NCBI GenBank assembly: GCA_048128005.1
Contig: JBEUKZ010000110.1
Coordinates: forward strand, 62,001-113,625
DNA: 51,625 nt
Source: Veleropilina oligotropha
Taxonomy: Eukaryota
Direction: 5' to 3'
Positions 20,704-33,678 of the stretch are shown here, piece after piece. The position numbers and the translations under genes were made by a program. A model generated the notes under the pieces. It saw nothing but the letters and a program-made list of their open reading frames with translations, had not been told where the DNA came from and ran no database searches. Numbering within the stretch: the first letter of the stretch is position 1; each line of letters begins with the position of its first letter.

Positions 20704-21389
20704 AAAGTACCTTGTAATTTATTCTGCTTAGGCTGTGTTAAATTGAGTCCTTGTTTCTTGTTCAATGATGCTGGTAAACCAAAGCGGTCAACACAACACA
20801 ACAGACATTTTCCACACAACATTATGTAACTATTGTTCTAGATTATTTTGACCACGAGCCTAAAGTGTCTCTGGCCCTAGGGCTTTATAACCCAATGCAA
20901 CTTAAAATTCATGTAATTATTATAAATAGTTGGTTAATAATGGTATTCTAAGAAGAAAACATAACAATATACAGTGTATTTTTAAAAATCTTTTAATATT
21001 CACAGACCAGTGAACAGTTGAAAATACCATAGATTAGAAGGAGATATTGTATCGACTGAATTAGTGTTACATGTGTGTGTGTGTATGTATTGATAATACA
21101 TTTAATTAAGTTTGTAAGATGCAATTTAAATTTTAATGATATTATTTGAGGTACTACAAGATTGATTAGGCAGTGAACTTGATACCATGACCCAATTATT
21201 TAAAAAAAAAATAATGATGATAGTAAAGAAACATTTAACAAAGAACAATGTTAACAGTCATGTGAACAAGAACAGAACAACAACTTGTGCATAAATTAAT
21301 GTTTGGGACACTTAAATGTCAGGATAAGGTGTAATGGAGAACCTTCAGGGGAGCGATATTTGTATCATATGAATACTGTCTGCAAAGAG

Positions 21390-21650
21390 GAGGAGGAGGA
21401 ATTATGCTTAATGTCCTGTATATTTATAACATCGAGGTTCAAGGCAGGACATGTCCGTGTTATTGCGGGAGGAAACCCTGGTCGCCGGGTAAACCCGCCC
21501 TCTTCGGCCAGTCACGGACAACTGTGCTTCATAACTTGAACAAATGTGTGCTGCCTCAGCCGGGGGTCGATCCCACTACTGTTCGCGTCAGCGGAAACAA
21601 GCCAGTGAATTTAGAGTGGACACTACCCACTGCGCTACCGAAGCGGCCCC
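21390..21650 (-). mobile_element. tRNA-derived SINE (V-core-like) with (CCT)n tail and 12-bp target-site duplication (TSD)
   Basis: A-box tagcgcagtgg, B-box-like gggatcgacccc, core gggtttcctccc. gtctgcaaagag is duplicated at 21378-21389 and 21651-21662. Near-identical copy at 25095-25360. Confidence 0.85.
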
Positions 21651-22015
21651 GTCTGCAAAGAGAAAAAATAGATTTGTTTGTGTGTGAAATGCAGTGCTGG
21701 CGAAATTTCGTTATTATCATACGATTCATTGGAAGAAAGCCCTGAATTCGGAAAACTCACGTATTTCTCCATCCATTCCTACCATGAATAGATAAAGAGT
21801 CATTCCTTTGTCATGCAGACAGTATTCTCATTTGATGATTTGAATGCAACAAGAGGAAATCTTTTAGCCCAATCAGGGCTTAGATGGGAGACCACTGATG
21901 GTTCATGCCGTATCATAATACATCTGATATATGCAGCCATGTCCTCAGATGTACTGGTCACTAGATTTTCTTTATAGCAGTATAATATTAAATAGTAATC
22001 TAGATTATAATAATA

Positions 22016-22221
22016 CTGTAAAACCCTATATTTTGGCGGCCTTAATATTTAGCTAATTTTAAATATGAGACAATACAACGCCATTAACTTTAGCAATTTT
22101 TAATGCACATGCACATTTCTGTATGAACACAAACACAATACACGACCATTTTATTTCACGATTATTTATCAAACGCAAAACTCGCGTAATTTAAAGTTCG
22201 CTAACAAATAGGGTTTTACAT
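22016..22221. mobile_element. Tc1/mariner-type MITE
   Basis: TA|ctgtaaaaccctat ... atagggttttaca(t)|TA. Confidence 0.6.
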
Positions 22222-22340
22222 TATATCATTTGCAGTTGGAATATGGTACATTTAAGCATGCAGTATCAGCTTTGTTATTAATTATAATTATAAGTGTTGA
22301 AATTTTATTTCAGTGACAAGGACTGACAAAGATCGGGATA

Positions 22341-22604
22341 ATGTGGCCTTTAATAATGGGAGCTGCGAGGACCTACGCAGTCTACCTGGTATGGCCTGTA
22401 GCAGCCATTGTCGGTGTCATAGGATACAACGTTGAATGGACTGTCAAAAAGAACAATTTAAATACACCTTGGAAGAAGAAAAGCATCATGGAAGAACGGG
22501 AAGATCGAAAACTGGAAGAAGCAAAACGAGACGAAAATAATGAATTTGTTTCACTAAAGGAAAAGAAAAATATACCTAAAACAATATTAACCAGATATGA
22601 CTGA
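22341..22604 (+). CDS. SMIM12: Small integral membrane protein 12 (UPF0767), single coding exon
   Basis: MWP...RTYAVYLVWPVAAIVGVIGYNVEW...KSIMEEREDRKLEE...VSLKEK matches the family pattern (MWP..[33 protein letters not shown]). Splice acceptor ttttatttcag at 22313 implies an upstream non-coding exon. Confidence 0.92.
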   Translation: MWPLIMGAARTYAVYLVWPVAAIVGVIGYNVEWTVKKNNLNTPWKKKSIMEEREDRKLEEAKRDENNEFVSLKEKKNIPKTILTRYD

Positions 22605-23369
22605 TTGTGTTTCCTGTATATGATTTTTGTATTATATTTAATTTAAAAATTTGGAAAATGACAGTACAAACCAATAGGGGACTGATATTGAAACGTTTTC
22701 AAATTTAAAAATGATGTTTACATTTTATGCTGTATTCTAGCAATACAAGAAATTTACAACAATATTTGTGAACACCATGTACCTGCCAATTTAGTAAGCA
22801 GAACTTATTCCTGAGAGTTTATGCAATGTGACCAAGTCAATCAATCAGTTAATATGAATTCAGCAAACAATACCAAGATTATAATATTATGTCAATGTAA
22901 AAACCCGCAGTCAAGTGAAATTAATATTATCAAGAATTTAAGTATGTGTTGTGCTAATATGAGTTGATGCTAGAAATGGACAATATTATTGGTTGTAAAT
23001 TTGTGTTAGCATTGACCTGTGTGCACTAAAACTTGTTGTGAATGCTTATACTAGTATATAAAAATCCTATATATTTTTGTTTTAATAGTTACGAAAGACA
23101 GTGCTTATCAAAAGTTTCTTTTGTGTCTTATGTCCCATCGTAATCTAACATCTTGAGACAAGACGATATCCATATTGTAGTGAAAAGAAAGCCCTATTAT
23201 GTGGTGAAAACCCACCCGCCCCAGTTTGATTCAGTTATGGACAGCCATGATTGTTATCTCTACAGGACTCGAACCCACTTTTGTGAAGCAGAGCAGTCAA
23301 GCGAGTGAATCGGGAGATACCCTCTTTAAATAGCCAAACAGGGAATCGTCTAGGCGCAGATAAATCTGT

Positions 23370-23600
23370 TTTCGGTAGTCATATAGTCGAGAGTGCGGAC
23401 TCTGAAATCGCTGGCTTGACTGCTCTGACTAACAGGAGTGTGGTCAAATCTTGGCTGGGATAATGGAATTCTTTGTTCAGTTATCCAGCACAGTTGTCCT
23501 TAACTGGTCGAAGAGGGTGGGCTAATCTTCTGCAATAATAATGCACGTCCTGCCTTGAACCTAAAAGATTGTATATATACAGGACACTAGAGCTTCGCCT
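23370..23600 (+). mobile_element. Older diverged copy of the same SINE family (others at ~23120-23320, 29730-29930, 30400-30595, 39330-39700, 41830-41970)
   Basis: Shares cacagttgtcc..actggtcgaagagggtgg and gtcctgccttgaacc...tatacaggaca with the young copies. Confidence 0.6.
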
Positions 23601-24189
23601 TCCACCGCGAGCGTGTTCTCCGACATCCATCCGTACAGCGTGATGGTGTACTGGAGATTGCAGATTTAAGTATTACATTATGCATTGATCCAATCCAAGG
23701 CTATTACTCTCGCTTTCTGAGGTAGATGCGAGGGTATTGCAATTCATTCTGTAGGTTTATATGCAAGCATATCTTAAATAGTATTGGTCTGATTTACTTG
23801 AATGTTATAAAAAGGTGAAATAAACACTGGCTCGGTCCTCCTAGAGGATGATCCGGAACGGAATACAAATCTGGATTTTATGATGCAATTTCTGTTATTC
23901 GGATTTTATGCTCAATAAAATCCGGATTCCAATCCCGATAATCTTCAAAGAGGGCTGAGTCACTGGATCGCCCCATCTTGTGTGAAATATTCAAGTACAT
24001 CTCATTCTGTTTTAGAGATATGCTCTCAGACAGACAAACATACATATGGAGCCAAGGGCAATAATGTAGTTTGGTAGTAATATTACTTACCGGTACACTC
24101 CCTTGGGAATCTATTCTTCGGGCCGTTACATTCATGTTATATGTCGTTTTACGTTAGCATGCTCTATCACCATAGCAAGTATGTGTTAC

Positions 24190-24592
24190 TATAAGTTGTC
24201 GGACGACGTCGTAGTGAATACGGTGGACTGAATACCGAATAAAGTTCAACCACGAGGCGCTAGCGCCGAGTGGTTTAACGTTATGAGGTATTCAATCCAA
24301 TGTATTTACCAAGACGTTCGACAACGTATTTATCTTGATTTTACCTTGATTTCTTAACGTGAGGCTTGATTAACAGAGTCCCGATTTGGTACATAGCACA
24401 AGTTTGTTATAGCCGCTTTCAGTGTATGTCCGATCGAGTTATTTCCCTTGACGGCCAGTTAGCCAATCAGAACAGAGGATTCGCCACACCGTTGTTTATG
24501 GATCCATAAACAACGGCTGACCGGTGTATACAGGCAGTTAACAAAATGACGTCAGCCAATCAGAACAGAGGATTCCCGGCGAAATCAAGATA
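24190..24592. mobile_element. Non-autonomous element with a long bulged terminal hairpin (Crypton-like, inferred)
   Basis: Imperfect palindrome at 24190-24333 centred on ccacgaggcgctagcgccgagtgg. Inverted tatcttgattt / aaatcaagata bound the body, which contains agccaatcagaacagaggattc twice. Confidence 0.55.
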
Positions 24593-25094
24593 CATAATAT
24601 TGAACTCGCAGTTTAATGGTTAAAATGAATGACCTGCCTCATATGTCAATTCTTGACGACTTGCAAACGGTATTTTGAAACTGTCTCTCCATATATGGTG
24701 TGGCAGGTGGAATCTGTCCATACAGATCACGTGTCCAGTCCAGGAAAGCTAACAAAGTCAACCCTGCTTTGTATGGAACTGTCCTCTACAACTATCTAGT
24801 AGGGCGTCGGAAATGATGAATGGGACAGCAGGATGTTTGTTCGACCCTCGTTCCAATGTGGCTTATTCTAACGCTTAAAACTAATAGGGATGTCTACACA
24901 TACGACTGAAAAATTGTCAATATGTGGGACATAAAACTAACCGATTCACTCACACTCACTTGTGTGGAGACTCTCAATCTGCTTGTGGGACCTCTGAGCG
25001 TCCATTAATTCAACCCGAACGGCTCTGCAGACTTTGATCATGGTTGCCAGCGTGATGATTTTGTGGTTCATCACACACTGAGCTTTTGGCAGCG

Positions 25095-25360
25095 GGAGGA
25101 GGAGGAATGATGCTTAATGTCCTGTATATTTACAACATCGAGGTTCAAGGCAGGACATGTCTGTGTTATCGCGGGAGGAAACCCCGGTCGCCCGGGTAAA
25201 CCCGCCCTCTTCGGCCAGTCACGGACAACTGTGATTCATAACTTGAACAAATTTCAATGCCACAGCCAGGTATTGAACCCACTACTGTTCGCATTAGCGG
25301 AATCAAGCCAGTGAAGTTAGAGTGGACACTCTACCCACTGCGCTGCCGAAGCTGCCTCTT
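25095..25360 (-). mobile_element. Second copy of the same SINE, inserted in RTE LINE debris
   Basis: Collinear with 21390-21650; flanked by tggcagcg on both sides. Confidence 0.85.
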
Positions 25361-25364
25361 ATTC

Positions 25365-27200
25365 TGGCAGCGTTTACTCTGAGAATGCATTGATCTGGCA
25401 ATTTATGATGATGCGTACCAGAGATATTCTGTAAGTACTACTGCAGTCTGCTTTGTTGCACTTGTTCTTCAAGAGGCAGACGACATTGGTATCTTTGAAA
25501 TCCTAATTGAAGAGTTCAACAATGATGCTACTTATGCTTGATGCCATATGTCAGAGTTGTTCTGCATGGTGGCTTTCTTGACCTTTTCTATTCGACTTTT
25601 ATCCTCTTAAATGTCATAATCTCTACAGTGAAAAGCTTTGTTGAGAAGTGTCCTCTTCAGTGTTCAGTGATGCCCTTCTGGAGCAGTGTGGTACCGTCAT
25701 TTGCAAGTAGCAGTGTAATGTTGGGTTTGTATGGACCATACACACTCTTCATTGGCTTAGTAATTCCTCGATGTATTTGAATCGGCGTAATCATGCATAT
25801 TCATGCTGGTACCACTTAGCAGCTGGGTCTCTAGCTAGTGGTCACTTTCAGTCAGTTTGTATATACGGAGTATCCCTCCCACATGTCTGTTCTGTTTTAG
25901 TTTCGCTGTGTTAAGAGAGTGTTGACTGGTCTTTGGGTTCTTGTGATGTGAGATCTGAGCAGCTTGTGGTCTATCCAGCACTCACCTCCATGCATGGCTC
26001 TGGTACTGCGGGAATCTCGCTTTCGAAAAATAACGTAGTCTAATATTAGACGGCATTGCTTGGATCTAAGGTGCATCCATGTTGTCTTGTGCGTGTTCGC
26101 CATCCTGAAGAATGTGCTAATGGTCAGACGGTTCTCAGCGCACATTGTAGTAGCTCGATCATTGCTGTTCATTTTCTTAATGTGCCGTGTAGGGGTTAGC
26201 GGAAAGCGTAGGAACAACACAGTGGATGGTGTAGATGCATCGTCCTTCCTCTGCTCCCTGGTCGTTGTGTCCATAGTTGAAGTCATGTTATTTTTCTTTC
26301 TGCGTGAATCCTTTCTTCTGATTGGCTGGCGTCATTTTATTTACTGATGATCAACACCACCCAGCCGTGGTTCAATAGAATTAACCAATGGCTGCCGTCA
26401 TACTAATTGTGACGTCAAAATGTTCTCATTGAACAGTCGTCAGTGAACTTAGGAACTCCTGCTGTTAGCATGTGCATGGGTCTCAAAGTCAGTGTCCATG
26501 AGCGGTCAGCAGGTTGTATAGATGAGACTAGAACCACTCCCTCATGTCTGCTCTATTTGGAGGGTCATTGGCTTCTTGCGGTGGGATGTGGCTATGTGAG
26601 CGTTAAGGACAGACGTACCTGACCAATCACTGGTCTGTCCAGCTCCCCGCATAGCTCTAGTATTCAGGGCATCTCGATTTCGACAAATGACGTAGTCATA
26701 GCTCGCGCTATGACATTTGTTTTCATCTATGTTGTCTTGCACTTGTTTGCCCCCATGAAGAGTGTTTTTGTGATTGCCAGACGGTTCTTGATCAGTGCAT
26801 ATTGTCAGTAGCTTATTGCTGACTGTTCATTTTCTCAATGTGCCGAATTACAGTGGGGTTAGCGTTGCTTCATCAGGTGTTCGTTAATGTCAGTGGCAAG
26901 ACAGCTGAGCTGTCGTGTAGACTGTTGCGAATGGATGGCAAAGTCAACTCCGTGTATATTGTCATCGTTTCGTTGTTTTCTGTTAAAAAAGGTTGTAGCC
27001 ATCATACGGCTCACAAATCGTACCTATATTTGCGAAACATTTGTTGCGATGTCAATGTTGTAGCGGTTTAGTTCCATTATATTAGGGCTGTTCTTCCCTG
27101 GTGCATCATTGTTACCTCTCTGTCTAAGAGAGTGAGCACATTCCATGTACCAACAAGTGGTTTTCTTGGCATTTTCAAGCGGAAATTATGCTGCCGGTGT
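25365..27200 (-). mobile_element. Fragmented RTE-clade LINE (endonuclease and start of RT), at least two overlapping fragments
   Basis: GTWNVLTLLD (~27130-27160); MCAENRLTISTFF..HKTTWMHLRSKQCRLILDYVIFRKRD..TRAMHGGECWIDHKLLRS; a second DYVICRNRD..TRAMRGA (~26640-26700); FKDTNVVCLLKNKCNKADC (~25440-25500). Stops and frameshifts throughout. Confidence 0.8.
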
Positions 27201-27284
27201 GATAGTTAGTTTCAATACACACATTTTCTAGTCCCTTTTTCTAGGCACCTTTTCTGCTCTTTCTTATGTCATTTGTTTAAGATA

Positions 27285-27578
27285 GGTTAATTTGATTTAC
27301 GATTACTTTTTGGCAATTTTCCACCCTTATCGCAGTCGGGACACCCGGTTTAACATCTCACACCGATCTGACCGACATACATTAAGGATATGCCTATTAT
27401 TGATTTTAGGCGTTACAATTAGCCGGAGCAGGGGTTTGAACCCACATTCTACCGTCCCCAAAAATTGTGAAAGCGTCTGCGAGCATATATATATGGATAC
27501 AGCGCGATATAAATCACCAATTATTAATTATTATTGTCGTATTTCCGACGCTCTATCAGTTGAGCTATCGAGGACAGT
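27285..27578 (-). mobile_element. tRNA-derived SINE with Meta-like core (related copy ~50180-50354, plus strand)
   Basis: A-box tagctcaactgatagagcg, B-box gggttcaaaccc, core ggcatatccttaatgtatg..cagatcgg..gagatgttaaaccgggtgtcccgactg, shared with 50237-50298. Confidence 0.65.
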
Positions 27579-27699
27579 CTGTTTAAGCCTTAATAAATTA
27601 CTTCAGTATATATTCGAATGAACATATTTTCTTTAAATAAAATCCAATGCAATCAGATGTTCGTTAAAATCCCAAGCCAACGAAAAAAGAGTTCTGAGA

Positions 27700-28507
27700 T
27701 GGTACCATTTCAATCATGTTGCGTATTATCTTCTGTGCCATTGATTGCGAGTGAGGAGAAGTCCTTAACATGCATACTCACTATAATCCATCCAGCAGGA
27801 TGCCTTCAACTCAAATAGACAGTCTCTGAAAGTACTAGTATGAAAAATGCGGCTGCCAAGGATCGATCATGTCCAGCAAACAACAGCATTCCGGATTTTT
27901 CATCTTGTCATCACACCATCTGAACATTCAGGGAGTAGAAGCGTCAACTTAATGCTTTTCGATTAATGTAAATGGCCGTGTTGGGTACTCATTTTAGACA
28001 AGCAATCATGATGTGTGTACCGATAATGCACCCTGCTACACATGGAAGTTCAGCAATACGGTTGGGTGGGAAATGTTGGGTTATTAGTTTTGCTTAGATC
28101 TACAGCATCTGGCGTAGCGATGTAGTGTTGCTTCAGATATGCTGTAACTTCACTGATTCTGCGTACTGTCATGCCCACTGACGCTGAACTCAAGTTTCCT
28201 TCAACACGGTGGTAAATGCCAGTTGCAAAAAAACGCCATATGTTTTTTTTAGTTTAAACGTGTAAATTTTTTACAATAGGATTGGGTAAATCAGTGATGG
28301 TGAGCTTATGCAGTAGTTATTATTCGTTGCATTTTCAATATGATCCATATATAGTTTGTGCTCACTCGGACGTGCGATGGATTCCCCGTCGGTATAAATG
28401 CTGAAATTGTCCATACGTTCAAGAAAAACACGCCTACCACGCCTTCATCTTAATGGTAGGGACAATTTATCGAGAAGCTGAATATCACGCAAGTCAGCTT
28501 CCGCCAT
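27700..28507 (-). pseudogene. Decayed Harbinger/HARBI1-like DDE transposase
   Basis: Fragments MAEADL..RRGRRVFLERMDNFSIYTDGE; WRFFATGIYHRV; IAELPCVAGCIIGTHI; IYINRK; FYSLNVQM correspond to HARBI1 motifs. Contains stops and frameshifts and has lost the first catalytic Asp. Confidence 0.7.
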
Positions 28508-30259
28508 TTTTGTATACAGGTTCGGCATATTGATATGGATCAGGTGCGTCTACAATTTTTCGTCTAAATTTAAGTTCTGCCTGATATGGACAACGTTTGT
28601 AAAATGAAATCATGCTAAGACAGAGTCTACAATCATCGAAAACTGTGTTTGCATTATAGCTATAGACACAACTCGGTGAACTTAGACCTCGTTGGTGAAA
28701 TGCATTTATAACTTAGACAAAAGACTTTGAACTGTGCCGAAACATTCGACTTGTTTGGCGAAATCGGCTGATTGAGTTTTCTCTCCTCTGGGAAAGATTT
28801 GGAATCAAATGACATGTTACCGTAAATAAGAGCGCCCACAACGCCTGTAGTTAGGTTTGGTTTGGTCCATGCGTAATTTGTCCTATTCTTAACACCGATA
28901 ATTGTCATACCTGGACATGTACATATTAGCGCGGGGTGATAAACTGATCACAAACAACAGTTTATGTTCAACTGTTCGAGGATTCCAACTTCACCATGTT
29001 AATCAAGGCAGTCAGGCGAATTTATCCGTTACACCATTGGTGTGTAAAGTAAAATACAGTTTGAAAGATGTCCACATAAACGTATCTTTTAGTTAATTAT
29101 TTTGGTTGTTGTCAATGTCTGCCATCAGTATTTTCAATTGAAAACGCATACATTAGTTTATATATCAATGACCAATACACAACAAAGCAAGTATATAACC
29201 ATCAAATATACTTTAATATCGATTGTAATTATTATAACAGTGTATATCGTAATAGTTATGGATGCACGTTGGTAACATGGTAAAGTGATGATACGCTACG
29301 ATATATTGCTTCTGTACTATAACCCTGTAAAGTTGCCGGGATGGACAGAAAGGTGCTTCAGTGTTTCATATCGTTTTCTGAAAACTGAGGAATATTATTG
29401 ATATTCGTCGAAAAAATTTCACCTGCGTATGACAACTTTAAGTAGATATATACGTACAGGATTATAAACTTTGAAGCCATCAACAATCCATGAAATTAAA
29501 TATATATATTATCAATAACATATTGGGTAAATAAACTGCATATATCAAAACAATATAATAATCGGTGGGTATCTCCATGTTAGTCTACATCTACAATGTC
29601 AGAAGAACACTCAACATAAACTACATTAAGTAACATGCGTCGGTGGAATAGCAGAAGTAGATTCTGACGTAACTCTATGATAGCATGAATGGCTACTGGC
29701 ATACGGTCTGGCTTGGATTGTATCGTTGTTTAATATCCCAGTTAATACGCTTCAGGGTAATTTCAGGACCTGTCCATATTATCACGAAAGGAAAATCCGA
29801 CCGTCAGAAAAACCCCACTTCAAACCGGTCATTTATGGACAACTGTGACTATGATTTGGACAAAGAGCCCAGCGGAGGATTCGAACTCACTCTGGATAAT
29901 CAAGGGAGGTAATTTGGAGCCACGCTCATATCTAATACGGGCGGGTGGGGTCCAGCTGTATCAATAAAGTTAGCTCTAGTTAACAATATGATGATATTGA
30001 AATATGTTAATTAACGTCAACAGGTTTCAAGATGTATATTAATTGTTACTATAAAAGTTAATGCCGGTATTGTGCGAAATGATGCTAACATATCTCGTCA
30101 TGACATGAATCGATGTTAAAACTAACACAGTTCATTGCTATATTTACTATAGTCGCAAATAAATAGCATGTAGGTATATTAAATTATATCTTATATAATA
30201 TATAGAATATATTGATGGATTTGAGAAGTTTGTGGCGCGTGACGCGCCAGACGTTCCGC

Positions 30260-30343
30260 TCACATGATGGGGAGCGACTTCTTGATGATCTTATCCAATC
30301 GGTCGTTGTCAGATGGCAACGCTATATTCCACTCTTCCGGAAT
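30260..30343 (-). CDS. SCG5: 7B2 last coding exon (C-terminal peptide region)
   Basis: tttcag acceptor. Encodes IPEEWNIALPSDNDRLDKIIKKSLPIM*; RLD..IIKKS parallels the vertebrate RLDNVVAKKS. Total protein 237 aa. Confidence 0.75.
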   Translation of the reverse strand: MPEEWNIALPSDNDRLDKIIKKSLPIM

Positions 30344-32199
30344 CTGAAATGCAAAATATGGATTGTAAACCGAATAGTCTACAATTGTATGACTTGGTTT
30401 GGTTTCCACCGACGCTTATTATCCCATCTTAACAACATTCAAATTCATACCAGGATATGTTCCTAATATCGCGGAAGGAAATCGACCAGTCATGGACAAC
30501 TGTGGCTGTTAACTGAGACTCGATTTCACAGCAGTTGAGTCAAGCAAGTGAATTGAGAACCCACGGTCTTATCCACTCGAATTTCGGTATGGCCCAGTAA
30601 TTGTATTGAATGCAATACAGTCAGCCGAACCCTCCCCAAGGAAAACAACAGTCGATATATATGCAACACTGTTTATGGAACGAACGAAATATTTTGACAG
30701 CATTTTACTTACACAAAAGTGAACAAACATTCAAATGACCAATTGAAGAAACACTAATAAAGATGCGTGTCTGATGCATTGCAAGCATGAGAAGATATGT
30801 TTGTATCGGTTGTAGGTTACCAACCCTTGTTTGAAACCAGCCAATCATATTACAAGAAACTCGTGTTACACACGCCTATCCAAATATATGAAGCACTATT
30901 ACTCATTGAAAAGAAGACCATGATTTAAACGTATGCATACCTCATGTGTGGACCTCTTCTTCAGCATGGGAGGAGCTTTTTTCGCAACGATATAAGCATT
31001 CAAAGACTGACAAAGAAAAAAAGCATAATTACCATACTGAATGAAAAGTTTGATGGAATGAATTTTATGTTTTATTTTAACAATTTTTCGGCCACTTCAC
31101 AGTCTGGATCCAGCGGTAACGACACTACTTTATCAGATTTTGTCTACAACACTCCGTCAATTTCGGACATGGAAACCCATCTGATATATTATGGCTATAG
31201 GTTTATCCTCCGCCAATTTCCGACATGGAAATCCATCAGAGCATGACTATAGGCCTAGCTTAAAATATTTATATATGCTTGCAGTCTCCATTATCATATG
31301 GTCGTTTTCTGAGGTAAAGGTATGGTTGTGGATTTATATTCTAGATCCGCGATACGGATACAAGGTCCACCACCGCAAACTTACATGTATATATGACCTT
31401 AGAACCTCGCTCTTAACCCCTGAGTTTTCGACCCAACCTTCCATCTTCAATTACCACTGAGAGTAGATCAATCAATTCACAGGGATAGTGATATGATTTA
31501 CAAAGCGCCAACCAGGTATTCACATTAAAATTGGCTGGATTATCCGAGGCGCATGTGTGCTTGTTTTCTCGACCACAGGAAATCACCGACACATGGGATC
31601 GAACTTCTACAACCGGATATCGAGTCCTTTGATCTAACACTACAATATGATGGCACATCCACAACAACTGTATCACCCACCTTTGAGTATATGTTTCAAG
31701 GTAATAAAATAAATAGCACTGTTAGACATGATCGGGAACAGACAAATTTCAGCAGATCAAAAGTACTCACATACGCGTCATTTCGGTCATCATGCATAGG
31801 TACTAGTATTTGATTTGAATTCCAAATTACCATCATGAAATATCAGCAAGAAGATGCTGAGACCTTAATCTGTTTTTATCGATGGAAGCGTGTTACACAA
31901 TAGATCTATTAAGTTGTACCCCAAAAGTCACGATCTGTTCTGATCTACACTAGAGTATCTCTTCAGTTAGACAGCCATCGAACATGTCAGACAGTGAGTG
32001 GAATTTATAACGGTTATCTGCAACGCGATCGCGATGATCACAAGACAAAATAAGTTATCATTATGAAGATTGAAGAACTGTTGCTAAGTAGCTTTAATAC
32101 GAGTGAAACGGTAAAGCAAAAAAGAAACATGGTCCGATTTAGTAAGTGTATGTAATGATCTGGCTTCCGGTCACATCAGTGCGCATGTCAGGAACATAC

Positions 32200-32438
32200 C
32201 TCGTCACCGGATTCACCAAGGTCTGAGAGCTGCAGGATATGGCCGAGGTCGCTGTTATCGATGGCATGCGCGAGAGCGTTGGTGTCGATAGCATGCGCGG
32301 CGGCTGTGTTGATTTTCTGCGTGCCCACCCCGCACAGGAACATGTGCTCGGCGTCGCACGCGCACTCCTGCTGTTCCTGGAGGTGCTTGTTGTTTTCAGC
32401 GGTGTTTTCATAGTTTTCCACGCAGTTATCGTCTTTCG
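32200..32438 (-). CDS. SCG5: 7B2 coding exon 3
   Basis: Encodes AKDDNCVENYENTAENNKHLQEQQECACDAEHMFLC... (cf. DGCLENFENTA...QDCxCDxEHMF). GTATGT donor, phase 0. Confidence 0.92.
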
Positions 32439-32857
32439 CTACAAAAAATCACAATACGGTTTCATCAGGTGAGCACGGTTGACCGTGAACGGATTTTGAT
32501 ATACACCGACAGCCTGGCGGAAGCATGACCAGAAACATATTTGGAGGTGGTAGTACGTACCCACCTAAAATGGTAAATTTGACATTGGTTGATAATACGA
32601 AATTTAAAATAGTTTTAACAAACAAGATGAGACATGGTAAGAAATATCCCAACGCAGTTGCATAAGGTGGGCACGGTTGATCGAATTTGATCCAAAACGG
32701 ACAGCTAGCATGATAGCCTGGCAGAGTCAATTTGGGTGTTTCCGGACAGCCAGTCGGACTGTCAGAGTCACTTCCGGAGATGGTGCTCACCCAAAAATTG
32801 AAATACAATATCGTCTTTATTTCCACTAGCTAAAAAATGGTCACAATTATAGATTAC

Positions 32858-32986
32858 CATTGTATCCTTTTGGGCATGGATTTCCGGGATTGCAGTAAGC
32901 GGGAAGAATTTTATCAGATTTCACCTCCTGGTTGTTTTGCTGATCACCTGCTGGCTTTAGGTGCTGAGAACCTTCCCCAGCGCCAC
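32858..32986 (-). CDS. SCG5: 7B2 coding exon 2
   Basis: Encodes GGAGEGSQHLKPAGDQQNNQEVKSDKILPAYCNPGNPCPKGYN: diagnostic GGAGEG and LPAYCxPxNPCP. AG/GT boundaries. Confidence 0.92.
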
Positions 32987-33678
32987 CTACAGGACAAAGG
33001 TAAGACACTATAACGGAGCTATCTTCTTGAATATATGATCATGGTGGTACCCTTACAACAAGCAACTCGCATGTTTGACAGTACGTGCTCTACAACCAAT
33101 GCCAACAGGATATAAACATCTAGCATAGCATAGGCATTGTTCATGAACCCTGCTATGAAGAGCACAAGATTTTCAAGATTATTAAAGGCTGGAAAAGTCA
33201 CCCCTGGTCGAAAATCTTTCCCAGACGTTACATGAGTGGCCTTTCGTCGTCGGCTATTCAATCTTGCCTGCGAATTCTGCAGATACCAATTGCTGTAACA
33301 GCTGAAAGCACTCTTCGTAATTGAATTTCTGTTGTTTCAACCAATTGCATGTCGCCATGTCGATGCACATGTGCTCGATGTGTCGGTTTCCAAGTCAGAA
33401 ATGATCTGACCACTTCCTGGTGCCTATTACAGTGGCATTAAAATTTTATATCCGGCTTTTAAGAAACGTAATCTTTCATCATATATATTTTTTACAACCA
33501 TGATGTCAGTCGTGGTGGGTATAAAGCCGGGTTATTGCTAATATGTATACATATTTTTTAATTATGTATGTCTTTTTCAGCCAAAATGATGTTAGATCTT
33601 AGAGATCAATATATAAGAAACAAAATTGTAAGTGAAATGACATTTTACAAAATCGACCGTTTGTCCTTCTTATATTAC

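Noticed and set aside
32449..32826. 125-aa minus-strand ORF
   Set aside because: It lies wholly within a 7B2 intron, has a non-ATG start, and part of it resembles ~34945-35030, suggesting repeat-derived sequence.
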